Shown piece after piece: positions 1 to 9,327 of a stretch of DNA of 64,000 bases. Location: the NCBI GenBank assembly GCA_964545045.1, contig CAZJEN010000019.1, forward strand, positions 743-64,742, written 5' to 3'. Made by a program: the position numbers and the translations under genes. Numbering within the stretch: position 1 is the first letter of the stretch; each line of letters starts with the position of its first letter. The notes under the pieces were generated by a model that worked only from the letters and a program-made list of their open reading frames with translations, did not search any database and had not been told where the DNA came from. This DNA comes from an uncultured Lachnospiraceae bacterium. Lineage in GTDB: Bacteria > Bacillota > Clostridia > Lachnospirales > Lachnospiraceae.

Positions 1-5
1 AAAAC

Positions 6-37
6 AAAGGTTGTCCGTAAGGGCAGCCTTTTGTTGT
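6..37 (+). terminator. Rho-independent terminator of a gene lying upstream of the window
   Basis: Hairpin AAGGTTGTCC-GTAA-GGGCAGCCTT followed by TTTTGTTGT. Confidence 0.5.
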
Positions 38-96
38 AATGGGGAGAGTTAACTGACTCTAATAAATAATCCAACTTTCCTAATTTCTTTTTCTAT

Positions 97-124
97 TTGA
101 AAATCCAGCGAAGTATGATATAAT
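97..124 (+). promoter_or_regulatory. Sigma-A type promoter of the FGGY kinase gene
   Basis: TTGAAA (97-102), 16-nt spacer, extended -10 TGaTATAAT (116-124). Confidence 0.6.
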
Positions 125-133
125 ATTCGCGAA

Positions 134-247
134 GGCAAAACGAGTATGACGAACGATGCCCGACGGATGCGTGCATCCGAGAGGACATGATTCGGCATAC
201 GAGAGCGCACGCGAGCCGTGAGAAACGAAGTTTCTCGAGGCTTTGCC
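134..247 (+). repeat. GC-rich structured element in the 5' leader (extragenic palindrome A)
   Basis: Closing pairing GGCAAAACGAG / CTCGAGGCTTTGCC encloses hairpins CGGATGC-G-TGCATCCG and GAGAAAC-GA-AGTTTCTC. Lies between the promoter and the RBS of the kinase gene. Confidence 0.4.
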
Positions 248-310
248 GAGCAATCTAATAAGCAAAGCGGGGAGGATATCGCTTTGTTAAAAATAAAAGG
301 AGATAAAGGT

Positions 311-1903
311 ATGAATGCAAAGGACATTATTTTAAACGGCAAGGCAGCCCTCGGTATCGAGTTCGGTTCTACCAGAATCAAGGCTGTATTAATCGGTGAG
401 AACCACGAGACCCTGGCCCTCGGTACTCATGACTGGGAGAATCGTCTGGTAGACGGTATCTGGACCTACACATTAGAGGATATCTGGGGCGGTTTACAGG
501 ATTGTTACGCAAGCATGGTTGCGGATGTAAAGGCAAAGTATGACGTAGAGGTGACCAAGCTTTCCGCCATCGGTTTTTCTGCAATGATGCATGGTTATTT
601 GGCATTTGATAAGGACGACAATTTACTGGTTCCATTCCGTACCTGGAGAAATACCATTACGGCACAGTCCAGTGCAATTTTGACCGAGAAGTTAGGCTTC
701 AATATTCCGCAGAGATGGAGTATTTCCCATTTGTATCAGGCAGTATTAAATAAAGAGGAGCACGTAAAGGATGTAGCGTTCTTTACGACCCTTGCAGGTT
801 ATATTCATTACAAGTTGACCGGGGAAAAGGTACTGGGTGTAGGTGATGCTTCCGGTATGTTCCCGATCGATGCAAATACCAACGACTACAATCAGAAGAT
901 GATTGCTCAGTTTGACGAGCTGATGGCTGGAGAAGGTTTCTCCTGGAAGCTGGCTGATATCCTTCCGAAGAGTCTGAATGCAGGTGAAGCAGCAGGTACG
1001 TTGACCGCTGAGGGTGCAAAGCTTCTTGACGTTTCCGGTAAGCTTGAGGCCGGTATTCCGCTTTGTCCGCCGGAGGGCGACGCAGGTACCGGTATGGTAG
1101 CAACCAATGCGGTAGCGGTAGGCACCGGTAATGTTTCCGCAGGTACTTCCATCTTCTCCATGATTGTTACCGAGAAGGATTTGGACGGTGTACATGAGGA
1201 AATCGATATGGTAACTACCCCGGACGGTAAGCCGGTAGCAATGGTACACTGTAACAATTGTACCTCTGATTTGAATGCATGGGTCAATCTGTTCAAGGAA
1301 TTTGCGGATACCTTCGGCATGAGCGTAGATATGAACGATTTATACGGAACCCTATACCGCAAGGCTTTGGAAGGCGATGCGGATTGCGGCGGACTGGTTT
1401 CCTTTAACTATTTCTCCGGAGAGCCGGTAACCGGTTTCGGGGAAGGACGTCCGATGTTTGTACGTAAGCCGGATGCGAAGTTTAGCCTGGCAAACTTCAT
1501 GAGAACCCATATTTTGTCTTCTCTTGCCACCATCAAGATCGGCAACGACATTCTGATTAAGGAAGAGGGCGTAAAGGTTGACTGTATCATGGGACACGGT
1601 GGTCTGTTTAAGACTCCGGTGGTTGGTCAGAAGCTTCTGGCGGCGGCTCTGAACACTTCCGTAACCGTTATGGATACCGCAAGTGAGGGCGGCCCGTGGG
1701 GTATGGCTGTACTGGCTGCTTACATGGCAAACAAGGCAGAAGGCGAGACCTTAAGCGCATACTTAAACGACAAGGTTTTCGCAGGCCAGACTGGCACCAC
1801 CCTGGCTCCGGATGCTGCGGATGTGGCAGGTTTCGATGCTTTCGTAGAAAGCTACAAGGCTTGCTTTGCGGCAGAGCACGGCGCAGTGGATAACTGGAAG
1901 TAA
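311..1903 (+). CDS. FGGY-family carbohydrate kinase (xylulokinase-like)
   Basis: ATG at 311 preceded by AAAGGAG. N-terminal [13 protein letters not shown] ATPase motif and a size of about 530 aa. The ORF-track start at 218 lies inside the structured leader. Confidence 0.85.
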   Translation: MNAKDIILNGKAALGIEFGSTRIKAVLIGENHETLALGTHDWENRLVDGIWTYTLEDIWGGLQDCYASMVADVKAKYDVEVTKLSAIGFSAMMHGYLAFDKDDNLLVPFRTWRNTITAQSSAILTEKLGFNIPQRWSISHLYQAVLNKEEHVKDVAFFTTLAGYIHYKLTGEKVLGVGDASGMFPIDANTNDYNQKMIAQFDELMAGEGFSWKLADILPKSLNAGEAAGTLTAEGAKLLDVSGKLEAGIPLCPPEGDAGTGMVATNAVAVGTGNVSAGTSIFSMIVTEKDLDGVHEEIDMVTTPDGKPVAMVHCNNCTSDLNAWVNLFKEFADTFGMSVDMNDLYGTLYRKALEGDADCGGLVSFNYFSGEPVTGFGEGRPMFVRKPDAKFSLANFMRTHILSSLATIKIGNDILIKEEGVKVDCIMGHGGLFKTPVVGQKLLAAALNTSVTVMDTASEGGPWGMAVLAAYMANKAEGETLSAYLNDKVFAGQTGTTLAPDAADVAGFDAFVESYKACFAAEHGAVDNWK

Positions 1904-1938
1904 ATCTTTTTTACTACATAACATCTTGTGATAATATT

Positions 1939-1996
1939 CCCCCGAAGTGCGTAAACTGTTACTATTACAGTTTGCATACTTCGGGGGTGTTTTTTT
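1939..1996 (+). terminator. Rho-independent terminator after the kinase gene
   Basis: CCCCCGAAGT ... ACTTCGGGGG stem followed by TGTTTTTTT; the next ATG (1997) follows immediately. Confidence 0.75.
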
Positions 1997-2512
1997 ATGA
2001 ATGCGTTGAAAAAGTTCTGTGTCATAGGCTTCTTTGTAACCACGGTGCTTGGGATTTTGTCCCATTTCGTTTACGACTGGACGGGAGGCGGCTTTTTAAT
2101 CGGGCTGTTCTTTCCGGTAAACGAATCCACCTGGGAGCATATGAAGCTTTTATTTTTCCCGATGTTTTTATTTGCGCTGGTGGCGGGAAAACGAATGGAA
2201 CGACAGTATCCTTGTATCTATAACGCCATGTTTACGGGGATTTTGGTAGGGTTGGCCATGATTCCGACCTTGTTTTATACCTATTCCGGTATCTTGGGCT
2301 ATCATGTGGCATGGGCAAACATTGCAGTGTATGTCATCAGTGTGCTTGTGGCGTATGTGGTGGTATACCGGGAGGCAACGACCTGCAAGAATCAGGATTC
2401 CCAGGTATTGCGAATCGTGATGTATGTATTGGTGGTTGCGTTTATGATATTCACCGTATATCCACCGGAAATCGGTCTGTTTCAGGTGCCGCCGCCGGAA
2501 GGGAGAAGGTAA
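1997..2512 (+). CDS. Small polytopic membrane protein (DUF6512-like by recollection)
   Basis: 171-aa ORF with several hydrophobic helices and the motif NESTWEHMKLLFFP. Confidence 0.65.
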   Translation: MNALKKFCVIGFFVTTVLGILSHFVYDWTGGGFLIGLFFPVNESTWEHMKLLFFPMFLFALVAGKRMERQYPCIYNAMFTGILVGLAMIPTLFYTYSGILGYHVAWANIAVYVISVLVAYVVVYREATTCKNQDSQVLRIVMYVLVVAFMIFTVYPPEIGLFQVPPPEGRR

Positions 2513-2609
2513 CGGAGACTGTGGGCAGATAAACGGTGTATTTGAGGTAGGAGGATAAGAGCGCAGGAGTCCCCTAAGGTAAATAAGAAAAATTTAAAGG
2601 TAAATAATA

Positions 2610-2639
2610 TTGACAACATATGTAAACGCGTGTTAATAT
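2610..2639 (+). promoter_or_regulatory. Promoter of the lipoprotein cluster
   Basis: TTGACA (2610-2615), 18-nt spacer, TGtTAATAT extended -10 (2631-2639). Confidence 0.55.
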
Positions 2640-2688
2640 ATAAGTAAGTTAAATTTACTTTTGTTTACACCACGAGGAGGATACCATT

Positions 2689-4059
2689 ATGAAACATAAA
2701 GGACTATGTGCATTGGCAACAGCAGCAATGTTAGTATTAGCAGCAGGTTGCGGAAGTAGTACGGGAGAAGAGAATCCGCAGAATCAGGTGACGGAGGCAG
2801 TGTCCCCTACGGAAGTACCGGAAGCAACCGTAACGACCGAACCGACGGCAACACCTGCACCTACCGCAACACCGGTACCAACAAACTATATGGAGGCCAA
2901 CGGTATCGAGGTGTTGGGAGCGGGATGGCATAGTTATACCGGGTACACATATAGGGAACAGGATGAAGCAGGAAATCCGGTTCTGGAGATGGGAGAATAT
3001 GCATGTAGATTTGAAGTGGAGGAAGAGGATAACGGAGACGGCACCAAAACAATTGAAGCAACGATATCTGTTATGCCGCATATCTATGAAGACGGATATT
3101 GGGTACATATAACAATGGGGGGCTTTGTGGATTTGCAAAGCGGTAAGGCGTTTTCTCCACAGAATATGGATATTGAGCAAGCTACGGTTTTGAAACAGGA
3201 AGAAAAAAATTATGAGTTGATGTTATTTTGTTCCAGCCAGAAGGCTTCTTCAACGAATCCATATAATACGCAGCGATATATATTGACATGTCCGTCCGAT
3301 TATGAGGATGCGGGATTCTATATTACAAGTTTTGATGTGACAACGAATGAAGCATATATCGAACGGATGGGGCTTTGGAAAAAGCTGAATTATATTCGTC
3401 ACGGAGAAGCAGAAATGCTTGTATTCGGAGTGAACGAGGGCTTGAATACTATGGCAAAGACGGCAGAGAAGCCGTTGCCGGAGCCGGAAGGAAGTTTTTA
3501 TGAAGAAAACGGTATTGAGATAAAGGGAGAAGGAACGCATACCTGGTTGGGAACGGAATTTGTGGATAGAAAGAATAGCGAAACCGGTGTTTGGGAGTTG
3601 GTTTCGGTTGAAACGAAGGAAGTGGAAACTGAGTTTTATGTAACGGAAGAGTCTTTGGGTGACGGTACGAAAATAGTCAAAGGAACGTTTGTATTTGTGG
3701 ATGAGGTATCTGAGGATGCAGCAAGTGGGATTATGTGTACCTGCGGAATTGCGGATAAAAAGACCGGTTTAGTGTATATGCCGCGTACTTATTTTCTGGC
3801 AGAGCCTCATGTAATGGAGAAGGACGGAGAGGAAATATCCATATTGGTTGCTGTGGAGCAAGAGGTTGAGGTGCTTGATGACGGAAAAGAAAAAGTCAGT
3901 ATGATATATTCAATTATTTGTCCGGAGAATTACGAGGATGCTGTATTTTTCATCACCGGAAAATATGAGCGTACAGATAGGGATTCTTCGGAGAAGAGAG
4001 AACCGTATTCTTTAACTGAGTTGGAAAACGGTGAGACCGATTTAGTGTTCTTCCGATAG
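2689..4059 (+). CDS. Lipoprotein, paralog 1 (two copies of an uncharacterised ~190-aa domain)
   Basis: RBS GAGGAGG; signal peptide with lipobox LAAGC; Pro/Thr-rich linker; internal duplication (YILTCPSDYEDAGFYIT vs YSIICPENYEDAVFFIT). Confidence 0.85.
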   Translation: MKHKGLCALATAAMLVLAAGCGSSTGEENPQNQVTEAVSPTEVPEATVTTEPTATPAPTATPVPTNYMEANGIEVLGAGWHSYTGYTYREQDEAGNPVLEMGEYACRFEVEEEDNGDGTKTIEATISVMPHIYEDGYWVHITMGGFVDLQSGKAFSPQNMDIEQATVLKQEEKNYELMLFCSSQKASSTNPYNTQRYILTCPSDYEDAGFYITSFDVTTNEAYIERMGLWKKLNYIRHGEAEMLVFGVNEGLNTMAKTAEKPLPEPEGSFYEENGIEIKGEGTHTWLGTEFVDRKNSETGVWELVSVETKEVETEFYVTEESLGDGTKIVKGTFVFVDEVSEDAASGIMCTCGIADKKTGLVYMPRTYFLAEPHVMEKDGEEISILVAVEQEVEVLDDGKEKVSMIYSIICPENYEDAVFFITGKYERTDRDSSEKREPYSLTELENGETDLVFFR

Positions 4060-4091
4060 TAATGGGAACATATAGTAGAGGAGTTTAGGAT

Positions 4092-4862
4092 ATGAAACAC
4101 AAAGGTCTTTATGTATTGGCAACAGCAGCAATATTAGCATTGGTAGCAGGATGCGGAAGCAATCAGGCAGAAGAGAACCCGCAGAATCAGGTAACGGAGG
4201 AAGTGTCCCCTACGGGAGCACCGGAAGTAACCGCAACGACCGAACCGACGGCAACTCCCGCACCTACTGCGACACCGGCACCGGCAAACTATATGGAGGC
4301 TAACGGGCTTGAGGTGTTGGGTGCGGGCTGGCACACCTGTAAAGGTTACGTCGTTGAAAGATGGGACGAGAACGATGAGGAGGTGATCGCTCTTGCGGAT
4401 TGTACCTACCGGTTCCAAGTGGAGGAGGAAGAAGCTGAGGGCGGAACGAAAATCATCCGAGCGACACTGGATCGGATTCCCTATCTTTCCCCAAACGGTT
4501 GGAGCGCCCTGGCACAGGTCGGATTCGTGGACTTACAGACCGGAAAGGCTTATTTACCGATGATACCGGATATTCCTCATACCACATTATTAAAAAGGGA
4601 CGAAGAAACGCTTGAAATACAGATTTTTATAGAGAGGGATCTACCCTCCGTTACCAATCCGTATTATACGGAACGGTATACGTTGGTTTGCCCGGCGGAG
4701 TATGAAGATGCGGGATTTTATATCACCGGCGATGACCTGAGGTCACAGGAATTCGTAGAAGAAATCGGTATATGGAAGTTGTTAAAATATATCCCCCATG
4801 GGAAATCAGATATTCTGGTATTCGGTGTAAATGAAGGACTGGCAACTATGCCGGAAAAATAA
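4092..4862 (+). CDS. Lipoprotein, paralog 2 (single domain)
   Basis: RBS GAGGAG; lipobox LVAGC; N-terminal ~75 aa almost identical to paralogs 1 and 3; YTLVCPAEYEDAGFYIT motif. Confidence 0.85.
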   Translation: MKHKGLYVLATAAILALVAGCGSNQAEENPQNQVTEEVSPTGAPEVTATTEPTATPAPTATPAPANYMEANGLEVLGAGWHTCKGYVVERWDENDEEVIALADCTYRFQVEEEEAEGGTKIIRATLDRIPYLSPNGWSALAQVGFVDLQTGKAYLPMIPDIPHTTLLKRDEETLEIQIFIERDLPSVTNPYYTERYTLVCPAEYEDAGFYITGDDLRSQEFVEEIGIWKLLKYIPHGKSDILVFGVNEGLATMPEK

Positions 4863-4886
4863 CAAAGAACGAAGGAGAGGAAGCTT

Positions 4887-6269
4887 ATGAAACGCAAAGG
4901 ACTTTATGTATTGGCAACAGCAGCGATGTTAGCATTGGCGGCAGGCTGCGGAAATAATCAGGGAGAAGAGAAACCGCAGAATCAGGTGACGGAGGCAGTG
5001 TCCCCTACGGAGGCGACGGAGGCAACCGCTACCCCGGAACCGACGGCAACCCCTGCACCGACCGCGACACCGGTACCGGCAAACTATATGGAGGCCAACG
5101 GGATTGAGGTGCTGGGAGCAGGGAATTATACCTGCAAGGGTTATGTAGCACAGGAATGGGATGAGAACGGAGAGGTAGTGGTAGCTCTTGCGGATTGTGA
5201 GTACCTTTTTGAGGTGACGGAAGAGGATAACGGAGACGGGACAAAAACTATTTATGCAGCTTTAAGCCAGATACCGTATGTAACGGAGAATGGCGGTTGG
5301 AGTGCCTATATAATGGGAGGTTTTGTAGATTTACAGACCGGAAAGTCTTTTGTGCCGATGAATCGGGATGTGGCGCAGATTACGATGTTAAAGCAGGAGG
5401 ATAAAGAATATGAGTTGCAGCTTGCGGTGGAGTATGAGCCGCCGTCTGTAACCTATCCGTATTATACGGAGAAGTATACCTTGGTTTGCCCGTCAGACTA
5501 TGAAGATGCAGGATTTTATATCACCAGCTGTGATAGCAATGCAGATTATGAGGCGTATGGGGAACGTAAGGGGCTTTGGAAAAAGTTAAATTATATCCGT
5601 CACGGAGAAGCGGAGCTGTTTGTGTTCGGCGTGAATAAGGGCCTGGTAACCGAACAGAAGAGACCGATAGACGGTGCGGAGCTTGCCGAGGAGAATTATT
5701 TCGAGACAAACGGTTTTACTGCAAAGGGTGAAGGAACCTATACCTGGCTGGGTATGGAAGCAACACGAAGATGGAACGAAGAAGCAGGACATTGGGAGTC
5801 GGTTTCTCTGGAAGAGAATGAGTTTACGACTACGATTTCTATCACGGAGGAGTCTTTGGGAGACGGAACTAAGATGATTAAGGGAACCTTTATTGAGCTA
5901 CTCGAGCAGATATCCGAGGATGAAGTGAAAATACCGTACAAAAGGTATGGTATTGCAGACAAGAAAACAGGTCTGGCATATCGAGCACGTACCTATAATT
6001 TGGCGGAACCGTATGTGTTGGAGAAGGACGGAGAGGAGATTTCTATATTCGTGGGAATGGAAATTGTTGAAGAAAATCTGGGCGGTGGCAAGATAGACTC
6101 CAGGACAACCTTTACGTTGATTTGCCCGGAAGATTATAATGATGCAGTAATTTACCTGACTGCTGATGTGGAGATAGATGAGGATGAGCATACGTATTTT
6201 AATGAGCAGGAAGTGTTCTCCTTGAACGAACTGGAGCATGGCGATTATGAGCTGATGTTCTTCCAATAA
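4887..6269 (+). CDS. Lipoprotein, paralog 3 (two domains)
   Basis: RBS AAGGAGAGG; lipobox LAAGC; same PT linker and NYMEANGIEVLGAG entry motif; second domain FTLICPEDYNDAVIYLT. Confidence 0.85.
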   Translation: MKRKGLYVLATAAMLALAAGCGNNQGEEKPQNQVTEAVSPTEATEATATPEPTATPAPTATPVPANYMEANGIEVLGAGNYTCKGYVAQEWDENGEVVVALADCEYLFEVTEEDNGDGTKTIYAALSQIPYVTENGGWSAYIMGGFVDLQTGKSFVPMNRDVAQITMLKQEDKEYELQLAVEYEPPSVTYPYYTEKYTLVCPSDYEDAGFYITSCDSNADYEAYGERKGLWKKLNYIRHGEAELFVFGVNKGLVTEQKRPIDGAELAEENYFETNGFTAKGEGTYTWLGMEATRRWNEEAGHWESVSLEENEFTTTISITEESLGDGTKMIKGTFIELLEQISEDEVKIPYKRYGIADKKTGLAYRARTYNLAEPYVLEKDGEEISIFVGMEIVEENLGGGKIDSRTTFTLICPEDYNDAVIYLTADVEIDEDEHTYFNEQEVFSLNELEHGDYELMFFQ

Positions 6270-6315
6270 ACAAGATGTCATACAGCGTAGAAATAGGGTG
6301 GGGAAAAGTTAGTGC

Positions 6316-6344
6316 TTGTATTTTTAATTTACTTATGATATGAT
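6316..6344 (+). promoter_or_regulatory. Candidate promoter of the ABC-F leader transcript
   Basis: TTGTAT (6316-6321), 17-nt spacer, TGaTATGAT (6336-6344). Confidence 0.45.
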
Positions 6345-6587
6345 GAGGATAATAAAAGGAAAGGCGCAGTTTGCGTAAGGTGAGGCAATGAGTAACAGAT
6401 AGTTTTTTCGGACAGGACAAACAGGATTGATAGAAGCCTAGGATATTGTATAGGTTTGTTTGTGTATGCCGAAATCAGACTATCGCACTTATGTACCGAG
6501 CCTTTGAAGGATGTCATGTGGAGCGTGAAATGTAGGGTTTTTTAGGAAGTTCCGGTTTCACAGACATGTAATAGGTTTGATTTGTGT

Positions 6588-6622
6588 AAGTCTGCTTTCG
6601 GTATGAGAGCAGACTTTCTTTC
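6588..6622 (+). terminator. Terminator-like hairpin inside the ABC-F leader (candidate attenuator)
   Basis: AAGTCTGCT-11 nt-AGCAGACTT followed by TCTTTCGT; located 165 nt upstream of the ABC-F start. Confidence 0.45.
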
Positions 6623-6752
6623 GTGCAGGCAAAGTGAGCATGCGAGCAATCCGCGTGTGCTTGCACACAAGCGGATGCGCAGTCATGCGAACGCGCCCAC
6701 GACCGAGCGACATTGTCGCGAGGTGCGTGTGGTGCGAAGCACAGCCTGCACG
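6622..6752 (+). repeat. GC-rich extragenic palindrome B
   Basis: Outer pairing CGTGCAGGC / GCCTGCACG; inner pairings ATCCGC-GTGTGC-TT-GCACAC-AA-GCGGAT and GCGAC-ATT-GTCGC. Confidence 0.45.
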
Positions 6753-6785
6753 GATAAGAACTACAGGCTTCGGTTAGGAGGCACT

Positions 6786-8339
6786 ATGTTACAGATTAAA
6801 AATTTAACCATTACCCATAAAAAGGATTTGCGCTCCATCGTACAGAACTTTTCCCTCGTATTAAACGACGGGGACAAGGCGGTAATGATCGGAGAGGAAG
6901 GCAACGGGAAGTCCACGGTGTTAAAGTGGATTTATGACCCGGAACTGGTGGAAGATTACGCAGAGGGACAGGGAGAGCGTATTTTAAACAGAGAGCGGCT
7001 GGGGTATCTGGCCCAGGAGCTGCCGGCGGAACATAAGGAAAAGACCTTATACGAGTATTTTTCGGAGGAGCCGGCGTTCTGGGAGCAGACGCCGAAGGAT
7101 TTGAGTAAAATGGCGGGAGAGTTCGGCCTTTCTACTGAGTTTTTCTATGGAGAGCAGAAGCTTGCGACCCTCTCCGGCGGCGAGAAAATCAAGGCTCAGC
7201 TACTACGGCTCATAATGGAGGAGCCGACGGCGCTTCTTTTGGACGAGCCGAGTAACGACATTGATATCGAGACTCTGGAGTGGCTGGAACGGTTTATTCT
7301 GGATTGGAAACATATCGTACTTTACATTTCTCATGATGAAACTCTCATTGAGCGTACCGCCAATATGGTCATCCACATGGAGCAGTTAAAGCGGAAGACC
7401 GAAAGCAGATATACAGTGGCAAAGATGCCGTATGAGCAGTATATCGCAGAGCGGAAGGCAGGCATGGAACGGCAGGAGCGTCTGGCGCAAAACGACCGGA
7501 GGGAGAAGGAAATCCGGGATGAGAAGCTGCGGAAGATGGAGCAAAAGGTTGGTAGCAGACTGGATAATATCTCTAAAGCAGAACGGGATGCCATCGGTCA
7601 AATGATGAAAAAGAAGATGAAGGTTGTAAAGAGCATGGAAAAGCGGTTCGAGCGGGAAGATGAGAATATGACCGAAATGCCGGAGGCAGAGGAAGCAATT
7701 TTCTTTAAACTGGGAGATAAGGAGTCCAAGATACCTGCAGGAAAGACTGTGATTGAGTACAGTCTGGACCGTCTTATAACCCCGGACGGAGAACGGGTGC
7801 TGGCAAAAGATATTAAGCTACTGGTCCGTGGCTCCGAGAAGCTTTGCTTTATCGGGAAAAACGGTGCGGGAAAGACCACATTGCTTCGGAAAATGGCAGA
7901 GGAGCTGCTGGCACGAAAGGATATTCATGCGGAATATATGCCGCAAAATTATGAAGAATTGATGGACTTGACCATGACGCCGGTGGATTTTCTGGATACC
8001 ACGGGGGAGAAGGAGGAGCGTACCAGAATCCGCACTTATCTCGGTTCTTTAAAGTATACTGCAGACGAAATGGATCATCCGATGTCGGAGTTGTCCGGCG
8101 GACAGAAGGCTAAGGTATTGCTCCTGAAGATGAGTCTGTCCAAAGCCAATGTGTTGATCCTTGACGAGCCGACAAGAAACTTTTCTCCGTTGTCGGGAGG
8201 TGTGATTCGAAAGCTCCTTGCGGAGTTTCCGGGAGCCATACTCAGTATTTCTCACGACCGAAAATATATGGAGGAAGTGTGTGATACGATTTACCGGCTG
8301 ACGGAGGAAGGACTTCGCAAGGTGGAAAAAGAAGAGTAA
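6786..8339 (+). CDS. ABC-F family ATPase (two ABC domains, long charged linker, no membrane domain)
   Basis: ATG 6786 after GGAGG. Walker A GEEGNGKST and GKNGAGKTT; signatures LSGGEKIKA and LSGGQKAKV; Walker B LLLDEP and LILDEP. The inter-domain linker is a ~100-aa Arg/Lys/Glu-rich stretch. Confidence 0.9.
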   Translation: MLQIKNLTITHKKDLRSIVQNFSLVLNDGDKAVMIGEEGNGKSTVLKWIYDPELVEDYAEGQGERILNRERLGYLAQELPAEHKEKTLYEYFSEEPAFWEQTPKDLSKMAGEFGLSTEFFYGEQKLATLSGGEKIKAQLLRLIMEEPTALLLDEPSNDIDIETLEWLERFILDWKHIVLYISHDETLIERTANMVIHMEQLKRKTESRYTVAKMPYEQYIAERKAGMERQERLAQNDRREKEIRDEKLRKMEQKVGSRLDNISKAERDAIGQMMKKKMKVVKSMEKRFEREDENMTEMPEAEEAIFFKLGDKESKIPAGKTVIEYSLDRLITPDGERVLAKDIKLLVRGSEKLCFIGKNGAGKTTLLRKMAEELLARKDIHAEYMPQNYEELMDLTMTPVDFLDTTGEKEERTRIRTYLGSLKYTADEMDHPMSELSGGQKAKVLLLKMSLSKANVLILDEPTRNFSPLSGGVIRKLLAEFPGAILSISHDRKYMEEVCDTIYRLTEEGLRKVEKEE

Positions 8340-8463
8340 TGTTTGTATTCAAAAAGTCAAGCAAACCGCTGCTACATTTGCTATAGTATACTTAAGCAAT
8401 GAAGGAACCCGATTCATTGACAAAGAAGCGCTTCTTTTAGGGAAAAGAGAAAGAGGGTATCGT

Positions 8464-9261
8464 ATGAACAAAATCGAAATACTGACAACGGCATTGGAAT
8501 ACATCGAGGCCAATCTTTCGTCGGAGATTAAAACGGAGGACGTGGCCGGGGCATGCTATTGCTCCAAAGCGGCATTAGAGAAGCTGTTCCGGTGTCTCAA
8601 TCACATGAGTGTTCATGATTATGTGATTCGCAGACGCATGACACTGGCAGCCCGGATGATGCGGCAGCAACCGGAGGTAAGTGTACTGGATGTGGCACTT
8701 GCTTACGGGTACAGTACCAATGAGTCCTTTTCCAGAGCTTTTAAAAAGGTGTGGGACTGCAATCCGTCGGAGTTTAAAGAAAATCCCCTGCATTTCGAGT
8801 TGTTTCCGAGACGTTACCCGCCTACCATGAAAGGAGACGCGATAATTATGAAAAATGTAGACATCAGTGAATTATACGAGTTTTTTAAGACGAGAAAGAA
8901 TTGTTATTTTGTATGCTGCGACATTGATCATTTGGTGCCGATTAACGAGATTTCCAATAAAGCCGGAGACATGGCAATTTTAGAGTCTTTGCGCCGTATG
9001 GAAGCAGAAGCGGGAGCTGAGGATGTGATTTTCCGTATCGGCGGCGATGAATTTGCCCTGTTAACCGACAGTGAAGACGCAGCGTATGCGGAAGCTATTG
9101 CTGAGCGTATCCGTGCAAACAACGGCAAGCCGATTGTATTTGAAGGAAAAGAAATCCCGCTCAGCCTTCACATTGCGGTAACGAAGTATTCTTCCGGGAA
9201 TGTTCGTTATAAGGATTTGTTCGAGCAGTTACACAATGCCATTATGGAAGTGAAAAAATAA
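8464..9261 (+). CDS. AraC-type HTH domain fused to a GGDEF domain
   Basis: N-terminal AraC signature (GYSTNESFSRAFKKVW); C-terminal RIGGDEFALL motif. Confidence 0.8.
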   Translation: MNKIEILTTALEYIEANLSSEIKTEDVAGACYCSKAALEKLFRCLNHMSVHDYVIRRRMTLAARMMRQQPEVSVLDVALAYGYSTNESFSRAFKKVWDCNPSEFKENPLHFELFPRRYPPTMKGDAIIMKNVDISELYEFFKTRKNCYFVCCDIDHLVPINEISNKAGDMAILESLRRMEAEAGAEDVIFRIGGDEFALLTDSEDAAYAEAIAERIRANNGKPIVFEGKEIPLSLHIAVTKYSSGNVRYKDLFEQLHNAIMEVKK

Positions 9262-9275
9262 AAGGATACAAAGGG

Positions 9276-9309
9276 AAAAGAGAGTGTCGTAAAACGGCAC
9301 TCTCTTTTT
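9276..9309. terminator. Bidirectional terminator between convergent genes
   Basis: AAAAGAGAGTG ... CACTCTCTTTTT. Confidence 0.7.
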
Positions 9310-9327
9310 AGAGGGGGGATTAATCTA

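Noticed and set aside
6582-6785. 68-codon N-terminal extension of the ABC-F ORF given in the track
   Set aside because: It translates the GC-rich palindrome (Arg/Ala/Cys/His-rich) and lacks an RBS. ATG 6786 has a GGAGG at proper spacing and gives the canonical ABC-F N-terminus.
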